Of a stretch of 64,000 bases of DNA, positions 13,656 through 28,465 are shown one piece after another. Under the pieces are notes generated by a model. That model worked only from the letters and a program-made list of their open reading frames with translations, was not told the DNA's origin and ran no database searches. This stretch comes from Malacoraja senta (lineage: Eukaryota): assembly GCA_038087875.1 (NCBI GenBank), contig CM075990.1, positions 9,116,001 to 9,180,000 on the forward strand. Reading direction: 5' to 3'. Made by a program: the position numbers and the translations under genes. Each line of letters begins with the position of its first letter. The first letter of the stretch is position 1.

Positions 13656-13945
13656 TTAGTTTAGTTTGGTTTAGAGATACAGCATGGAAACAGCCCCATT
13701 TGAACCACTGAGTCCACACCGACCAGCGATTCCCATAAACGACACACCAGGGGCAGTTTTTACAGAAGTCTATTAACCTACAAACCTGCACATCTTGGAT
13801 ATCAGGAGGAAACCAGAGGACCCAGAGAAAATCCACGTGATCATTGGGAGAATGTACAAACTCCGTAAGGACTGCATCCGTAGTCAGGATTGAACCTGGG
13901 TCTCTGCCGCTGTATGGCGGCAACGCTACCGCTGTGCCGTCCCCA
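13656..13945 (-). mobile_element. HE1-type tRNA-derived V-SINE
   Basis: tRNA-like head (ggcacagcggtagcgttgccgcc...ggttcaatcc B box), V-domain (ggagtttgtacattctccc) and CR1-derived tail with (TAAAC)n. Confidence 0.85.
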
Positions 13946-14929
13946 AAGGCTTACGGAGCAATTGTGCCTGCGTTTGGCTTTTAATCAGTTTATAAAAGGT
14001 CTATCTTCATCTACACAAAGCTATTATGATGCTCTAAATTTTAGTCCTTATTGTTACGTTCATTTTCCAACAGGAAAACTCAAAACAAAAAATGTATTAT
14101 GTATTACGACAATAGGTTGATTAACGTGAACTTAGAAGACAATAAAGCAGGAATCCCTAGACCCATAGTGACATTAAATAAGTGTTCAACAAGGGAAAAG
14201 ATGACTTGGGTCTAATGTAATAGGTACAAACATAATTCCCTCAACAATTAAGAGGGAGAAATGAGAACAAGTCCACTTCACCTTCATCTTCATCTTTTGT
14301 AGGACCAACTCTCAAAGCTAAGCATTTTCTCAGTACGATTTTCTCACTATGATTTTTACTGGCTGGTTTTGTTCATGTGATACATGTTTAACTATCTAAG
14401 CCTTCACATGAAAATCTATTTTGCATAACGAATCACTTCATGGAATGTCAGATTTGAAAGCGATTTTGAGATAGAAATAAAATAACGTACATGTTTGATA
14501 ATCACCTAATATAATCCCAAATCATAATTTCCATTCATAACTCAGTATCAAAAGTTTACAAATCCACCAATGGCCACATTATAAACTCAAATGTGCAACT
14601 CAGACACAGAAAGAAAAAATAAATATGTAAAAAGTTTGAAGTTTTCAACTAATAAAACAATAAACTCTGAACCTGTAATAATTAATTTAGAGCAGCAGAG
14701 ATATTTAACTACAATTATCACATTGTTAAAAGGATAGATACAATTTGAAATCACAAGATCTCTGTTGTGAATTTACCTTGTATTAACTGTAAGCAAGGCA
14801 GCAATTTATGTAAGATGCTGTTTATACAAATCTACGTACCACGTCTCAGGCATTAACCTTTATGTGGTTTCAACCAAACATCTTCTGCTTGCCATTGGAG
14901 TATCACTGGCACATAAACAAGGCAGCAGG

Positions 14930-15223
14930 TAGAGGTGGCACAGTGGTAGAGTTGCTGCCTTACAGCGCTTACAGTGCCATAGACCCGGGTTCGATCCCGA
15001 CTATGGGTGCTGTCTGAATGGAGTTTGTACATTCTTTCCATGACCACGTGGGTTTCCTCCCACACTCCAAAGACGTACAGGTTTGTAGGTTAATTGGCTT
15101 GGTTTAAAATGAAAATTATCTTAGTGTGTGTAGGATAGTGTTAATGTGCAGGGATCACTGGTTGGTGAGGTCTCGGTGGGCCAAAATGCCTGTTTCTGCA
15201 CTGTATCTCTAAACTAAACTAAA
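14930..15223 (+). mobile_element. HE1-type V-SINE
   Basis: ggcacagtggtagagttgctgcc...gggttcgatccc...tgtatctctaaactaaactaaa. Confidence 0.85.
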
Positions 15224-15774
15224 CAGTGAACATCATTAGCCTCTCTGCTAATTTGACAAAAAAAAAAAATCTGGGACAAAGTTTTTAGTTTTGTACTAAT
15301 GTTTATGATTTTTTTAATATAGATTAGTAATGAGAAGAATTAATTGATTGATAGTTACTGGGAACATTTGCCTAAGGAATATCAATGGAAATAATGGCCA
15401 CAACAATGATCATACAATGCAACAAAATAAAGTAAAAACTCAAATACTTAACTAATTTTCTCTGGAAGAGAATTGTACATTATTTTAAGATGAAGAGATT
15501 GCTGCAAAAACTCTTGTACGTTGAGTGGGTAAATCATGTGACAATCACACTGTGCAGTGCTTTGCACAACAGCAGATAGCCTGCAGTACAAATCTAATTT
15601 ATTTGAAGGCATGCTGTTTTATATTTAGAATAATATGCGTCTGTAATAGATTAAAAAATTGTCGAGCATATATATTAGCATGGATGGATGCAAGAACTCT
15701 AAACAAATAAAAATAGACCAATGATCTTCACTAAAATATGATGTATGTATTTTGTCCATTTGCTCAGCCTACAT

Positions 15775-17300
15775 TGGTATTGGTTTATTATTGCTTTGTG
15801 TAGTAGGATACAGTGACAAATTGTTTTGCTATTTAGTCAAATCGTACCTTACATGTATACAATCAAGCCATAATCAAGTACAACACCTAATGCAACGAGA
15901 ACAAATAACTACCATTTACACAGTGAATGGTAGGGCTCTGGGGAGTGTTGTAGATACACAGTGAATTGTAGGGCTGAGGAGTATTCTAGAGCAGAGGGAT
16001 CTCGGAGCGCAGGTGCATGGTTCCTTGAAGATGGAGTCACAGGTAGATAGGGTGGTCAAAAAGGCATTTGGCACATTGGCCTTCATCAGTCAGAGTACTG
16101 AGTATAGAAGTTGGGAGGTTGTATTGCAGTCGTATAAGGCTGCTTTTAGAGTATTGTGTTCAGTCTGGGCACCATGTTATAGGAAAGATGTTGTCAAGCT
16201 GGAAAGGGTACAGCGAAGATTTACGAGAATGTTGGTAGGACTAGAGTCTGAGCTATAGGGAGAGGTTGAGTAGGCTGTGACTCTATTCCTTGGAGCACAG
16301 GAGGATGAGGGGTGATCTTATTGAGGTGTATAAAATCATGAGAGGAATACAGAGTCTCTTGCCCAGAGTAGGTGAATCGAGGAACAGAGGACATAGGTTT
16401 AAGGTGAAGGGGAAAAGATTCAACAGGAATCTGAGAGGTAACTTTTTCACACAAAGGGTGGTGGGTGTATGGAACAAGCTGACAGAGGAGGCAGTTGAGG
16501 CAGGGACTATCCCAATGTTTAAGGAACGGTTAGACAGGTACATGGATAGGACAGGTTTGGAGGGATATGGACCAAACAAGGCAGATGGGACTAGTGTAGT
16601 TGGCAAATGTTGGCCGGTGTGGGCATGTTGGGCCGAAGGGCCTGTTTCCATGCTGTATCACTCTATAACTAGAGTGCATAATATAGTGTTGCAGCATTAC
16701 AATGTTATAGCTAAAGAAAAAGAGCAGATTTTAAAAAGTGCAATGAGGGAGGATGGGAGATCGGGACTACATCCTCAGCTTATGAGAGGTCCGTTCAGTA
16801 GTCTGATAACAGATGGGAAAAAGTTGTTCCTGAATCTGGCATCTCAAGCTTCTGCATCTTCTGACTGAGGAAAATGAGGAGAAGAGGGAATGACCGGGAT
16901 GTGAGTGGCCTTGATTATATTGACGGCTTTCACGAGACAGCGAAAAGTGTAGATGGAGTCAATTCCGGGGGTGAGGGTAGGAGGTTGGATTTGCGATTGA
17001 CAAGAATGTCAACTCTCTGCAATTTCTTGTGGTCATGGGTAGAGCTGTTGCCAAACAAGATTGAGATTGTTTAGTATAGGACGCTTTCTGTGGTACATCT
17101 GTAAATATTGCTAAAAGTCATAGAAGGCACGTTGAATTTCCTTAGTCTTTTGATGAAGAAGAGGTGTTAGTGTGCGTTCTTGGCCATTGCGTTCATGTGG
17201 TTGGAAGCGTACGAATTGTTGGTAATATTTACGCCAAAGAACCTCAAGTTCTTAGCCATCTATACTTCAGCACCACTGATGCTGACTGAGGCATTTGCAA
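15775..17300 (-). mobile_element. Degenerate Rex1 LINE split by the CR1 insertion at about 15911-16664
   Basis: 3' tail near 15775-15900 and RT-like remnants at 16780-17290 (minus strand KFFGVNI...QRxLFFIKRLRKF). Confidence 0.55.
15911..16664 (+). mobile_element. CR1 (HER1-like) LINE, 5'-truncated
   Basis: ORFs 16013-16258 and 16290-: VKKAFGTLAFI...LERVQRRFTRM...RRMRGDLIEVYKIM...RGHRFK...FFTQRVVGVWN. Possible ataacta TSD on both sides. Confidence 0.9.
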
Positions 17301-20300
17301 CACAATCTAATTGCCGCAATTTAACTCAATAAGTCTGATGGCTCCTGATCCAAAATCAAGTTGGCTGTCCATTTCTATCCATAGATGCTCTCTGAGACCG
17401 AGTTCCACTAGCAGTTTAAAAAAAAGTTATAATTTATGCTCACTGAGTGCTAAGAGACAAATTGAGGTATTTCTCGGCTTCGATGGAGAACTATTAATTT
17501 TGAGGCTATGGACATAACAGGCAAGGTTAACTCTCTCTGGTCCTTAAGAAGGTAGTTCTGAACTTCCTTTAAAGATCATGGTTATCCATTATCTCATTGC
17601 TGTTTATGGCAAATGTGTCTTAGTATAGTATGTTTCTTAGTATAGTGACTACACCCCAGAAATATTTTTTGGCTATGACACATATTGAGATGCACTAAGG
17701 GTATAAAGCATGTTCAGTCTTTATATCTGCCAATGCATAAAAAATAAATTAAAGAACGAAATGAAGCTTTTAATAATGGTTTAGTGTGTATTCATCTGGC
17801 AGAATGAATTGCTAATTGCTTAGCATTGACACAGAATAAGAAAAACACACTCCCCTGAATTACAATGGAAACTGATCCACTAACCATCAGCTCAGCATAC
17901 AAGGGAACCATGCTGACTAGTAATACCAGGTCTCCTTAGGACATACACTGATGATATATTATACTCATTGACATTCTATTGCTGGAGCGAATCAATTCTA
18001 AGAAAAAAATGAGCTGGCTTGGAGCTCCAGCCAGTTGGCATATATAATTCTAGAATGTTTTTGGAAGGATGACTGAGCTCAGTAGCCTCTCTTCGAACAG
18101 TCTGCAGCAAAAGCAAACTTTCATAAATTATTTGGCACAACACATCAAATGGTAGCAATAATGAGAGGATTAAAATCATCCTCAAATAATTGCAAGTGTG
18201 ACCAGACACTCAGTCCCACCATTAGCTGATGAGAATTAACTTTGAATTTGCAATCGCGTTTAATAAAATGTTTTTTTAAAAGGTCTTGGCTCCCAGGAAA
18301 TTAGTTACGGTGCACAAGAGATAATGTCTGTCTCACAGGACCTCAGAAGAGGTTTGACTCTCATTTCAATTAGTACATCAAAATACAAACTTTTTTACCA
18401 CTGAAAGAAAGTGGACATCCGCTTTGGAGAACAAGGATGTAAATGTGAATGAAGTTGACCAACAAACCACTGGATTGAACCTGATAACTGATGTTAGCTG
18501 AAAATTCATGTGCAGAAAAGTACCTTCTTGCTTTTTAAAAACTTATCACTACATAGACAGACCTCCTCACACACAATTAGCTTCAGTCCAAAATATATGC
18601 CCCACTTGCTGCACAATATTCAGACCTCAAGTGGTAAATTTTAAAGAAATTCATGTAATAAGTAAAAGAATTTCCAATATTTTACTCTGAGTTTCTGTAC
18701 AGTAATTAAATGTGACATTCAATTGATCACAAGGAGGAAGATGTGCTGGTAGTGAGGAAGTGAACACTCAACAATATCCAGTTTATTATACATCAATTTA
18801 AAAATGTATAATTAAAACACTAATCAAAATTTAAATGGTGACCAGTGACCTTTTTCAGATTATAAAGCTCATCATAAATTCTGTTTTCTGAGAAGTAAAT
18901 GTGTTTGTTGGGAAGTAAGCAGATAGAAAGAATGTTCAAGCCCATGTTGCTGTGCTAGTGAATTTGCTCCTTTCCGATGCATCAGAGTCATGCAAATTTG
19001 ATATCACCTCCTCCTCTCTCAATAACACACAGCAGTGGAATTCTCAATGAAGGTCATTCCAGCTGTTTTTACCCACTCGTAAAACCCAACGAGGAGTGAT
19101 TCGTGGAGGGTCCTGGATATTTGACAATTTCAAATTTACCAGAATGGATAAATGCAGCAACATGTGGTGTAAATCTCAGCAAGATGGCTGAAAACAATAT
19201 CACAAAGAAAAAAGTTGCTAAACTTCAGAAATTTCAGATGATTTTAAGCTTCACTCTGCTAAAATGTTTCAGTACATAACCTATTCCATGTATTATTTGC
19301 AAACGTTCAAACAGCTTGTATGCCTCAGTGCTACTACATAAATGAACGTTTGAGGGTTTGGCTATATATCTCAGAGAGATTAAGGAAATTCAAGCATCTA
19401 ATGTTTCCATTTAAAAACAATGTAAATTTTCTGTGCAGATTTCTGGGAGAGTAAACAAAGGCACAGATATTTGCTATAGAAATTTTGGTTTCTGATAGTT
19501 GGCAAATGGATCTCTGATGAATTATTCAGGCTAAAAGATGTGTAGCCTTATACACGTATCTGTTAAAATGCTGGAGATTCCGTAAGTGCTGTCTGCTGCG
19601 GGGCAAATTTTAGATCACATGAATTTCAAAGAATTAAGCTTTTAAATACTGAATTGGGCAAGGCTGCCAAAACCTTGGCACTCATCAAATAATCTGTGAA
19701 ACTAAATTGATAAAATGGCATATTCCCAATTTACAATATATGAATACAACCATGAACATTTTGATAGGTTATACATCAATAGATTATTTTTCATACATCA
19801 GGACCTAAAATGTGCTGTTGGAATGAATCAAAGTTAATTTCAAAGTCACTGACATAATTCTCATTCAAATAATAAATTTGTATCTCAGATCAATATCTTT
19901 CAATCCTCTTTTAATAAACATTGGAAGATGATTAACACTATGAAGATGGAGGGTATATTCATCTTTGAAACCAAAGCTTTACCTTAGATGTGTTTATGTC
20001 TGATTTTATTTATGGAAGAAGTTGTGATGAAACAAATTGTGATCATGTTTTTGTCTCTATGTATTTAAGTGCTGTGAGCATGGCAAGGATTCACTGCATC
20101 CATTGTGTTTACAAGAGGAGAACTCTTCAGATTGAGCAACTGCAATTAATCACAGTTGAATAAGAAAGAGTTGCTCTTGTTGCACCACAGTTAGGATTTC
20201 AAATACCAGGATCAAGGACACTCTGCTTTACCCATGATAGTGGAATTAAAGCAAAATACCACCCACAACAGCTTTTATTCCTCTTGCTTGTCAATGTTAT

Positions 20301-21194
20301 GTGTCTTCTCTTCAAGCAGTCACTTGGGGTCAAGGATGAGTAGCGGTTGGCTGAACATGTCCTCTATAATCGTCGGGTTGTTGTGACTCACAACCTACCA
20401 CGTGGCCATGATAGAGGGCCATCTTAGACCAATGACAAGGTCCAAATAATCAGAAACCAGGCTTTGTTGCACAAGCCTCATGGACAAACAACCCCATCGT
20501 AGAAGACTGTACTGGTTCAACGAGGTGCCTCACCATCACCTCCATCTCATACACAATTGGAATAATCCAGGTCCCATTTTCTCAAAAGATTGGTTAGTTA
20601 ACCTGCCCTGATGAACAAAAATCCTGGCATCTTTCTGCTCTTGCAAATACTCTTTATTTGTACTCTTGATCCAAATAGTATCTTCTCACTCCTTCCACTT
20701 CATATGTTTCTGCACTCAATTTCAAATGGGTTGTGTCAATCTATTTCAATGTATCCAATTGAAAACTTTCTGTTATTCTACTCTTCACTATACTAACAAG
20801 TATTGTGTCATCAAAACGTTCAAAGATATGCCAAATACCCTAAGTCTTTATAATTAATCCAAGTCAGGTAAGTTTCCTACATAATTGTACACTGTACAGA
20901 GTCGGTACAGTCTGTTCTGAAATGGATTTAAATCAAATGTAAAAATGTGAGCAACTATTTTGTGCAATGCCGAGGGATTGGTGCACTGTAGGAGATACTG
21001 ATACTTTACTTTCTGTACCTCATGGACTTGTAAATGTTGGTATAAAATAGTTGAAAAATTTATTAGGAAAATAGCGAATAGCTGAGAGCTCAGTATGAAT
21101 TTCAGCAATGCTTACAGTCTGCTTGCTTGAAAACAAACACTTTATTCCTATTGTCAGCTCTCTTTATTCAAATGTAAAGAGATAAAAAATGAAA

Positions 21195-21310
21195 TGCAGG
21201 CCACAAGGGCACAGTGTTCAACATCTCATCCTATGTGGAACCATCAGTTGTCCAACAATCCCTCAGCATTGCTCAAAATACCAGCATAGATTATATGCTC
21301 AAGCCTCAAC
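21195..21310 (-). mobile_element. DeuSINE (SacSINE1-like) fragment
   Basis: Minus strand gagcatataatctatgctg...gcaatgctgaggga...ggatgagatgttgaac resembles the Deu domain as I recall it. Confidence 0.5.
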
Positions 21311-22289
21311 GTTATAGCTTAAATCCGCATAGAAAAATACTGTGAATGCACTGTATAGTGGAATCTCAATGACTGGAAGCATGCTATTTCCCAGTGCAAA
21401 GTATCTTATTAAAGGGTCCAAAACTACTGTGGCTCACTTACAGCTGTTTGCAATAGCATTAGTTCCAAATTTTACCTCTTAACAATAACCAAGGAAATGA
21501 TCAGATGTTCAAGAATAGCTAACTCAAAGTGATTTCCAAAAAATAGAAGCAATTTTCATCTATCAATGCTATGCACTTTCTAGAACACAACAATTTAAAC
21601 AAAATTAGGGGTCACATAAAACTACGTCATTGCATCCATATTGATTCAACTGCTGAGTGCCCGATTTCTTCAAAAATGAAAGCCTCTTCAGCTGTAAGTG
21701 GTTGGAGGTAGGTAGTGTTTCTGTTGCTTGACATTAATTGTGTCTAATGGATAGCTCTCATCCAATTAAACTCAAACTGGTCATATTTGAACTGGGAAGT
21801 TTAAATTTCAACAGATTTTGTTTCTTGGAAAAAAATGTCCAGCTGTTATTTCCAGCATTTTGTTTTTATTTCAAATTTCCTGAATGTCCATTTTTAAAAA
21901 AATTATACTTATGGAGCTGGTCATTCTTTAGTAAAATTCTTTATCATACGGCAATAATGTACTTCACTATTATATTCTACTGTGACAATATTATATTGAA
22001 GTTGATTCTAAAACAAAATCTGTCGTCCAAATCAATGTTTCAATCAATATAACCTGCACAACACTTTGAACTGTCACAGGCTGCCAAGCAAGGAAAACCT
22101 TTTCAAATGAATCAAAATCATGTAAATACTCAAACGTCAGCATCTGTGGAGGGAGAAAATATGTTAAACACATGGGTCTTTGACCAAAACTAAGCTGAAT
22201 GATTAATAAGGACTTTGGGGTTTGTTTTGTTTTGCACAATATTGGGTTTTATATTTATTGAACTTTTATTAGTTTATTATATTAGCTTG

Positions 22290-22570
22290 GGCACAGCGGC
22301 GCAGTGATAGTTTCTGCCTTACTGGTTCAGAGACCCTGGTTCGATCCTGACTATGGGTGCGGTCTGCATGGAGTTTGTACATTCTCCTTGTGACCATGTA
22401 GGTTTTCTCGAGGTGCTGCAGTTTCCTCCCATACAGTTTTGTAGGTTAATGGGCGCGGTAAAAAAAAAAAGGTAAAATTATCTCTAGTGTGACAGATAGT
22501 GTTAGTGCACAGGGTGATCGCTGGTCGGACTTGGTAGGCCGAAGGCCTGTTTCTGCATTGTATCTCCAAA
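22290..22570 (+). mobile_element. HE1-type V-SINE, followed by a Rex1 tail (about 22590-22665) and a Penelope hairpin arm (about 22680-22792)
   Basis: Head, V-domain and tail match the other HE1 copies. Confidence 0.8.
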
Positions 22571-24381
22571 ATGATAAGTACAAACTAAATGTATTGAGCG
22601 CTGCTGTACTGCTGTAATTAAGAATTTCATTGTTCCGTTTCGGTACATATGACAATTAAACACTCCTGAGGTGAACCACCCTAAACGGCACCCATTCCTT
22701 CTCTCCAGAGATGCTGCCTGTCCCACTGAGTTATTCCAGCAATTTGTGTCTATCTTTGGTTTAAACCAGCATCTGCAGTTCCTTCCTGCACATTAATTCT
22801 TCTCTTCAGACAATGCTGGCTGACTTGACTGGATATGGCTATAATTATATATGTATTTTTCAAACAGAACTATTGAATTTTTGTGCACTTTAAAGACATC
22901 AGAATCCAAGTGCTCATGGTGTAACTGCTAATGTTTCACTGGCTAATCTATTTGAAAATGGTGCAATGGTATTTCCTATAATGAAGAAGTAGGGTGTGAC
23001 TATCTGACTATTCCACTAGGTACAATTTGTGAATGCTTGAGCATCGCAGCGTGATGTGTGTTGATTACCATTATGCTTCAAAACATTCCAATAGATGTGC
23101 TTAACGATATCGACCCATTGCAGAATTTGATATTCTTCACCTGGATGATATACAGTAACTTTTAGTAACAGGATGGATTTTGGAGAACTGTTTTTAGTGA
23201 ATAAGGGAGAGTGAGCAAGCATGCAAGAGAGTATATAGCGGAGGGGGGCTTAAAGTGGAGGACAGTGCCTGCTTTGATGGTTGGGGGAGGTAGAGAGGAA
23301 ATGGAGTAAGAACGGGAGTGGGAATGGAATGTGGTAGGAGCAGAAAGAGCAAGTGGAAAGTGAAAAGTGCAACTAATTTTAACTAACTACATTATATCAT
23401 AGAATATGGAATGCCAGGTTAGAAGGCTATGGAATAAGCAGAAGAGGAAGTTTAAAGTAAATGGCTCAATTGGTGCAAGGTAATCAGAAACATTCTGGAT
23501 AGAAAAGGAATGAAAACATTAATAAGAAGCTGGGATCAATGTTACCAAAAGAGATGTGTTTATTATATATAACTGGCAATCATTTATTAGTTTGAAAATG
23601 CTATCGACTTATATATTAAAAATAACAATTCCAAGAGGTACTTTTCCATTTTCAATAAAGCAACTGCCTGGAGAGTGTGACCAAAATTACTGTATCTTTT
23701 CATAGCCATTATTTTTCTGCTAGTCTTTTAATTGAATGCATAACAGTGAAATATTTCACAGCATGGAAATAAACATTGGTTAGATTCTGCTGCTGGGAGC
23801 AACAACAACTGCACTATTTATCGAAATTAAATGTAATAAGCCTGCAGGTGGAGGAAACTTGGTATCCATCCCAAATTCTCATTAGCTGCTGAGGTGCCTC
23901 TGAGCTGGCCAAGAAAACATGGAATGAAGAAGGATGCAGTAATTCTCATCATGCGCCACCCTCAAATTAATTTTTAAGTGTTTGTGCAAATTCGTGGATG
24001 AGTTCCCCTTGAAGGAATCTAAATACTCCCTGCTGGCACATGGTACGCTTATAATTTGTATGCGGGTATGATACAATTTGGTGAAAGGAAGCTGACAAAT
24101 ATCTGCTTACACATCAAATGCTACAGAAGAGCATATTAACCCTTTAAATTTTTTTATACACAACAGGCTTTGAAACATGCAATTCATCAAACCATTTTAT
24201 TTCAACTTACCGATCTTCAGTAAATACACTGCATTACAGAATTGAAGGCAATTGTTTGGAGGCTTTTTGTTTAAAAAAAAGTAATCATTCTCTCAACTAT
24301 CTCCCTTTTCACTAACAACAGGAGCCAACCGTAGCCTTTGTTGGAGTCAAACTTCATAACAACTAGTTTAAGGTTAAGCTG

Positions 24382-24537
24382 TTTAAGAAGGAACTGCAGA
24401 TGCTGGAAAATCGAAGGTAGACAAAAATGCTGGAGAAATTCAGCAGGTGAGACAGCATCTATGGAGCGAAGGAAATATTTCCTTCGCTCCATAGATGCCG
24501 CCTCACTCGATGAGTTTCTCCAGCATTTTTGTCTACC
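24382..24537. mobile_element. Palindromic Penelope-derived hairpin with 14-bp TSD
   Basis: Near-perfect fold-back centred on ggaaatatttcc. ttaaggttaagctg is duplicated at 24368-24381 and 24538-24551. Confidence 0.85.
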
Positions 24538-25659
24538 TTAAGGTTAAGCTGGATCTTTAAAAAAAAATATCAAGAGACACCATGCACTCATCCTTTAAAT
24601 CAATAACAGTTCCACTTATGACAGTGGAATTGGTGTCGTGTCAAACTAATCAATAAAAATATGAACAAAAAGATCAATTGATATCAATTAGGATTTTCCT
24701 TCAAGTGCCTGTGAATTAAACAAAGGTTTCGATAAATGTTCATTCGAATTAAGAAAATGTCCAGCTTGGAGCCTCTGCAGCCAAACATGGATTTGGGAAT
24801 CAGTCAAAAATGCTTGAAATTGGCTTTCTGTGTACCCTGAAATTAAATCTTTAATCTTGGAACATGACTTTCCATTGCAGTTAATGAAAGCAGATGATCT
24901 CCAAAATCCAACTCCATACCTTAATGAAGATAGACACTGGTTCTGCAGACTCATTTAGTTAGAGCTCACTTAGGTCATCTAATTGCATTAGTAGGACCTG
25001 TTAAATTTATATTATCATGTATGTTAATTTGACGGATATGCAGATCTCAAATGATCCATTGATAATCTGATAACGGTTTTTTGATTTAGATCCTTGACAT
25101 CCTATCAAATGACTGAAGCCACTTTTACTAATGTGCATTTATAACCCCCAATTCATTTAGAGTTACTGGCTTCGTAACATAAGTGATTGTCATCTTTCCG
25201 GTTACTTTAATCAACACTTTGAGAAAGAAAACTGCAGTCAACTATTTCATCCAGTGAACATAACAAGGAATTGATTTGAAAATTATAGCCTTCTTAAAAG
25301 AAGACATTTCCTGTAAGTGACTTGTTTTAGTCAAACTGCAGGATAAATTACAAATGTTGGTAATCTCTCCTCTCAAGCCAATTTAGGAGATTAATTTCAT
25401 GCGCAACAAAAAAAAGTTGTTTCTTTGTTCTTTTCTTGAAAGGCATCTTATTTCATCATTTTATTATTTTCAATTATATTATGAAGGTGGAGCTGTCTGG
25501 TTATGGTAGATACAGCAATGATACGTAGGTAGAGAGAGTTTCATTAAATCTTTACACCTCGATTCAATTCAGAGACAGTGATACTTAGGCCTTTGAGCTA
25601 ATTTCAAGACCAAATGAATTGATTTTGGAACAAAAGCAGGTTTTGAAGTCAAACCAACA

Positions 25660-26510
25660 GATGATGATGTCCCCCTGCATCTGTTGCCTTTTCCCTTCTT
25701 GGTGGGAGAGATCATGGGTTTGGGAGGCACTTTTCATGTAGCCTGGTTGAGCAACTGTAGTTTGGACTCATTGCTGACTGCGCACTAGGGATGGTGAAAA
25801 GAATAAATGCTTGGGGCAGTTGATGTATATTCAAGCTAGCTGATTTATCATGGATGATATGAAGCCTCTTTGAGAATTGGCACTTGATTGACCTAAGCAA
25901 CTGAAGGAGCATTCCATCATCCTTCCCTCTTGTGTCTTATAGATTATGGAACAGTCTTATGGTCTGAGGATATGAATCATTCGCACAAAGATATTAAGCC
26001 TCTGACTTGCTCTTGCAGTAATTATATTTATGTGGTTGGTCAATGGTGGCCCCTGGGATATTGATGGTGGGGGACTCAATGATGGCAACAATGATTGCAT
26101 ATCAAATGTTGGTGTCAATTTCTTGTTGGCAATGGTAATCATCTCCAACCTCTGTAGCATAAATGCATACTGCTTATCAGTTTTGTCTTTCGCACTCGCA
26201 TGCTGGGCATCATCACCGGTGAGGATGGGCTTGGAGACCGCTCTTTCTGGCAGTTGTTGAAGAACCCATCTCCATTCATGATTAAATGTGGACAGACTCC
26301 AGATCTTTGAGCTAATTCATTGAATGCAACATCACTATTGAAAGCTGTTTAGCATAAACGTAATCCTGTAATTGCAGCTTCATGTGACTGGCACCTCATG
26401 ATTTTTAGGTCGGTTTGATTCCATTCCCAGTACGCCCTTCTGCAGTCTCATTAAACCTGGAATGATCTCCTGGCCTTATAGTAGCTATTGACCAAAGGAT
26501 ATGCTGAGGA
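25660..26510 (-). mobile_element. Old CR1/L2-group LINE fragment
   Basis: Degenerate LINE-like sequence with no intact ORF. Family assignment is uncertain. Confidence 0.35.
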
Positions 26511-26519
26511 TAAGTTCTG

Positions 26520-27325
26520 CTAGGTGAAGGAGAGTATTAGCAGAGGGAAATTGGTAGGGTGGAAGGAAGAAACAAAGGGCCATGAGACCTTCCTGGTGGG
26601 TGATGGAGGTGTAGAGAGGCTGGACATCCATGGTAAAGATGAGTGACTGGGGGGCTAGAAACTGAAAGTTATCAAAGTGTTGAAGGGCATGTGAGATGTC
26701 TTTGATGCAGGTTGAATCAATGGATAGGGGATAGGATAGAATGTGGAGATGAGTTCAGTCGGGCAAGAGCAGGGATGAAACATTGGGTCTGTCGGGAAGT
26801 TCTATATGTGGATTTTGGAGGGGGGGGGTTGGGGGAGTAAAAGCAGGTAATGCAGAGCTGAGGAACAATAAGGCTGGAGGCTGTGAAGGGCAGATCGCCA
26901 GGGCTGATGAAATCAGAGACAGTCTGGGAGATGTTGGCCTGGTGTTCATCTTTGAGGTCATGGTCAAGGGGTAGGCTTGAGGACGTGTCCGAAGGTTGGT
27001 GCCTGGCCTCCACATGGTAGAGGTCCGCCTGCCAGACTATGACTCCTTCCTTGACGACGGGTTTAATGACAATGTCAGAATTGTTGAGAAGTGAGCGGAA
27101 GGCGAGTGTGAGTTTGGAGTGGGTAAGGGTGGTTGACGTTTTGCAGGCAATTAGAAATAAAAAAGTCCAAGGAGGATAGGCCAGCATGGAGAGTCCAAGA
27201 GGAGGAAGAACGTTGGAGATGGGAAAAGGGTTTGTCACTAGGCTGGGAGGACACGTACCCATGGAGGCGGAGGCAATGGAAGAAAAGCTATGCTTCATGG
27301 CAGGCATGGAATTCATTGAGGTGAG
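26520..27325 (-). mobile_element. Penelope-like element RT fragment (pseudogene)
   Basis: ORF 26717-27316: RSLLNNSDIVIKPVVKEGVIVWQADLYHVEARHQPSDTSS (cf. Penelope DIVIKPADKGGAVVVW). Downstream LIFTMDVQPLYTSI is RT motif A. Confidence 0.85.
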
Positions 27326-27924
27326 GGCATAAATGTAATAATGTAAGTTACAAAAGTAAGGTATAAAGATAACTTATTTGTCTAATTAATTGTTTTTGTA
27401 TTGTTTGTTGGACTGCCAAAGGAAAATGGATCAATGAGGTGGCATTATGAATTTAGCTAGATCAAAGATGCTGTCTATTTTTGAAAGGCTTACATTGTAA
27501 AAAATAATGATCAAAGAAAGAGTTATTCACAGAACTAAACATAGCAAGAGGATTAGGCCAGTGAGCCTCAAGCCTTCTGTGCCATTCAATTCAATTTGAT
27601 CTGCACTTTAGCTTTGTGGGTTATTGACATAGATATATGACAAATAATGACACAAGGAAATTTCTGCATGGAAGTTTAAAAATTGTTCGTCCAAGTTCAT
27701 CTACAGACTCTGGTGACAAGGGGTCAATAGAATTTATTATCCGGAGAATGATTTTAGCCTGCAATCACTTGCAAATTGCTTAAAAGTTTAGACAGTCTGA
27801 TTAACTGCAAACCTGGCTATGCAGTGGCTTTGGTTGCCTTGATCTCATTGGAATGTGCCACAAGGTAAACTTGAAGGGGTGATCCATGTGATAGACAAGT
27901 AATTGAAGATGTTGGTTTACAAAA

Positions 27925-28100
27925 AATACATAAAATGCTGGAGTAACTCAGCAGGCCAGGCAACATTTCTGGAAAACATGGATAGGTGATGTTTCAGATC
28001 GAGCCTGAAGAAGCGTCTCGACCTGAAACATCACCTATCCATGTTCTCCAGAGATGTTGCCGGACCATCTGAATTACTCCAGCACTTTGTGTCCTTCTGC
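27925..28100. mobile_element. Palindromic Penelope-derived hairpin
   Basis: aaaatgctggagtaactcagc...ctgaagaagcgtctcgacctgaaacatc...ttactccagcactttgtgtc. Confidence 0.8.
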
Positions 28101-28465
28101 AGTTATTTGTGCCAAATTCCTTTTGTCTGTCCTCATGTCATTGCTCTCTTTCACTCCTACCATTCTTACCTAATCTTTATTCTGTTTTCTAAATAATTAC
28201 GCATAATATATTCTATATTTTCCTTCGTACTTTCTAGATTAGGATCAGACAGAGAAGCTTTTTCCCTCCCATTAGTTGTAGAATATACGAATCTAGCTTT
28301 GCTTTCAGAGATCTCAGATCTTCTGTAATGGTCTCAGTGAAATGAAGCAAATGTCTGTTCCAGAGCCCACAAATATTCCATAGGTAAATATCATAGAGGT
28401 GACAGTTCACCACCATTTCTTCCTTTTTGACTGCTTATTCCAAGCCTACATTGCCCCCAAAATAT

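Noticed and set aside
14930..15005. tRNA gene
   Set aside because: It is the tRNA-derived head of an HE1 SINE and continues into the V-domain and CR1-like tail.
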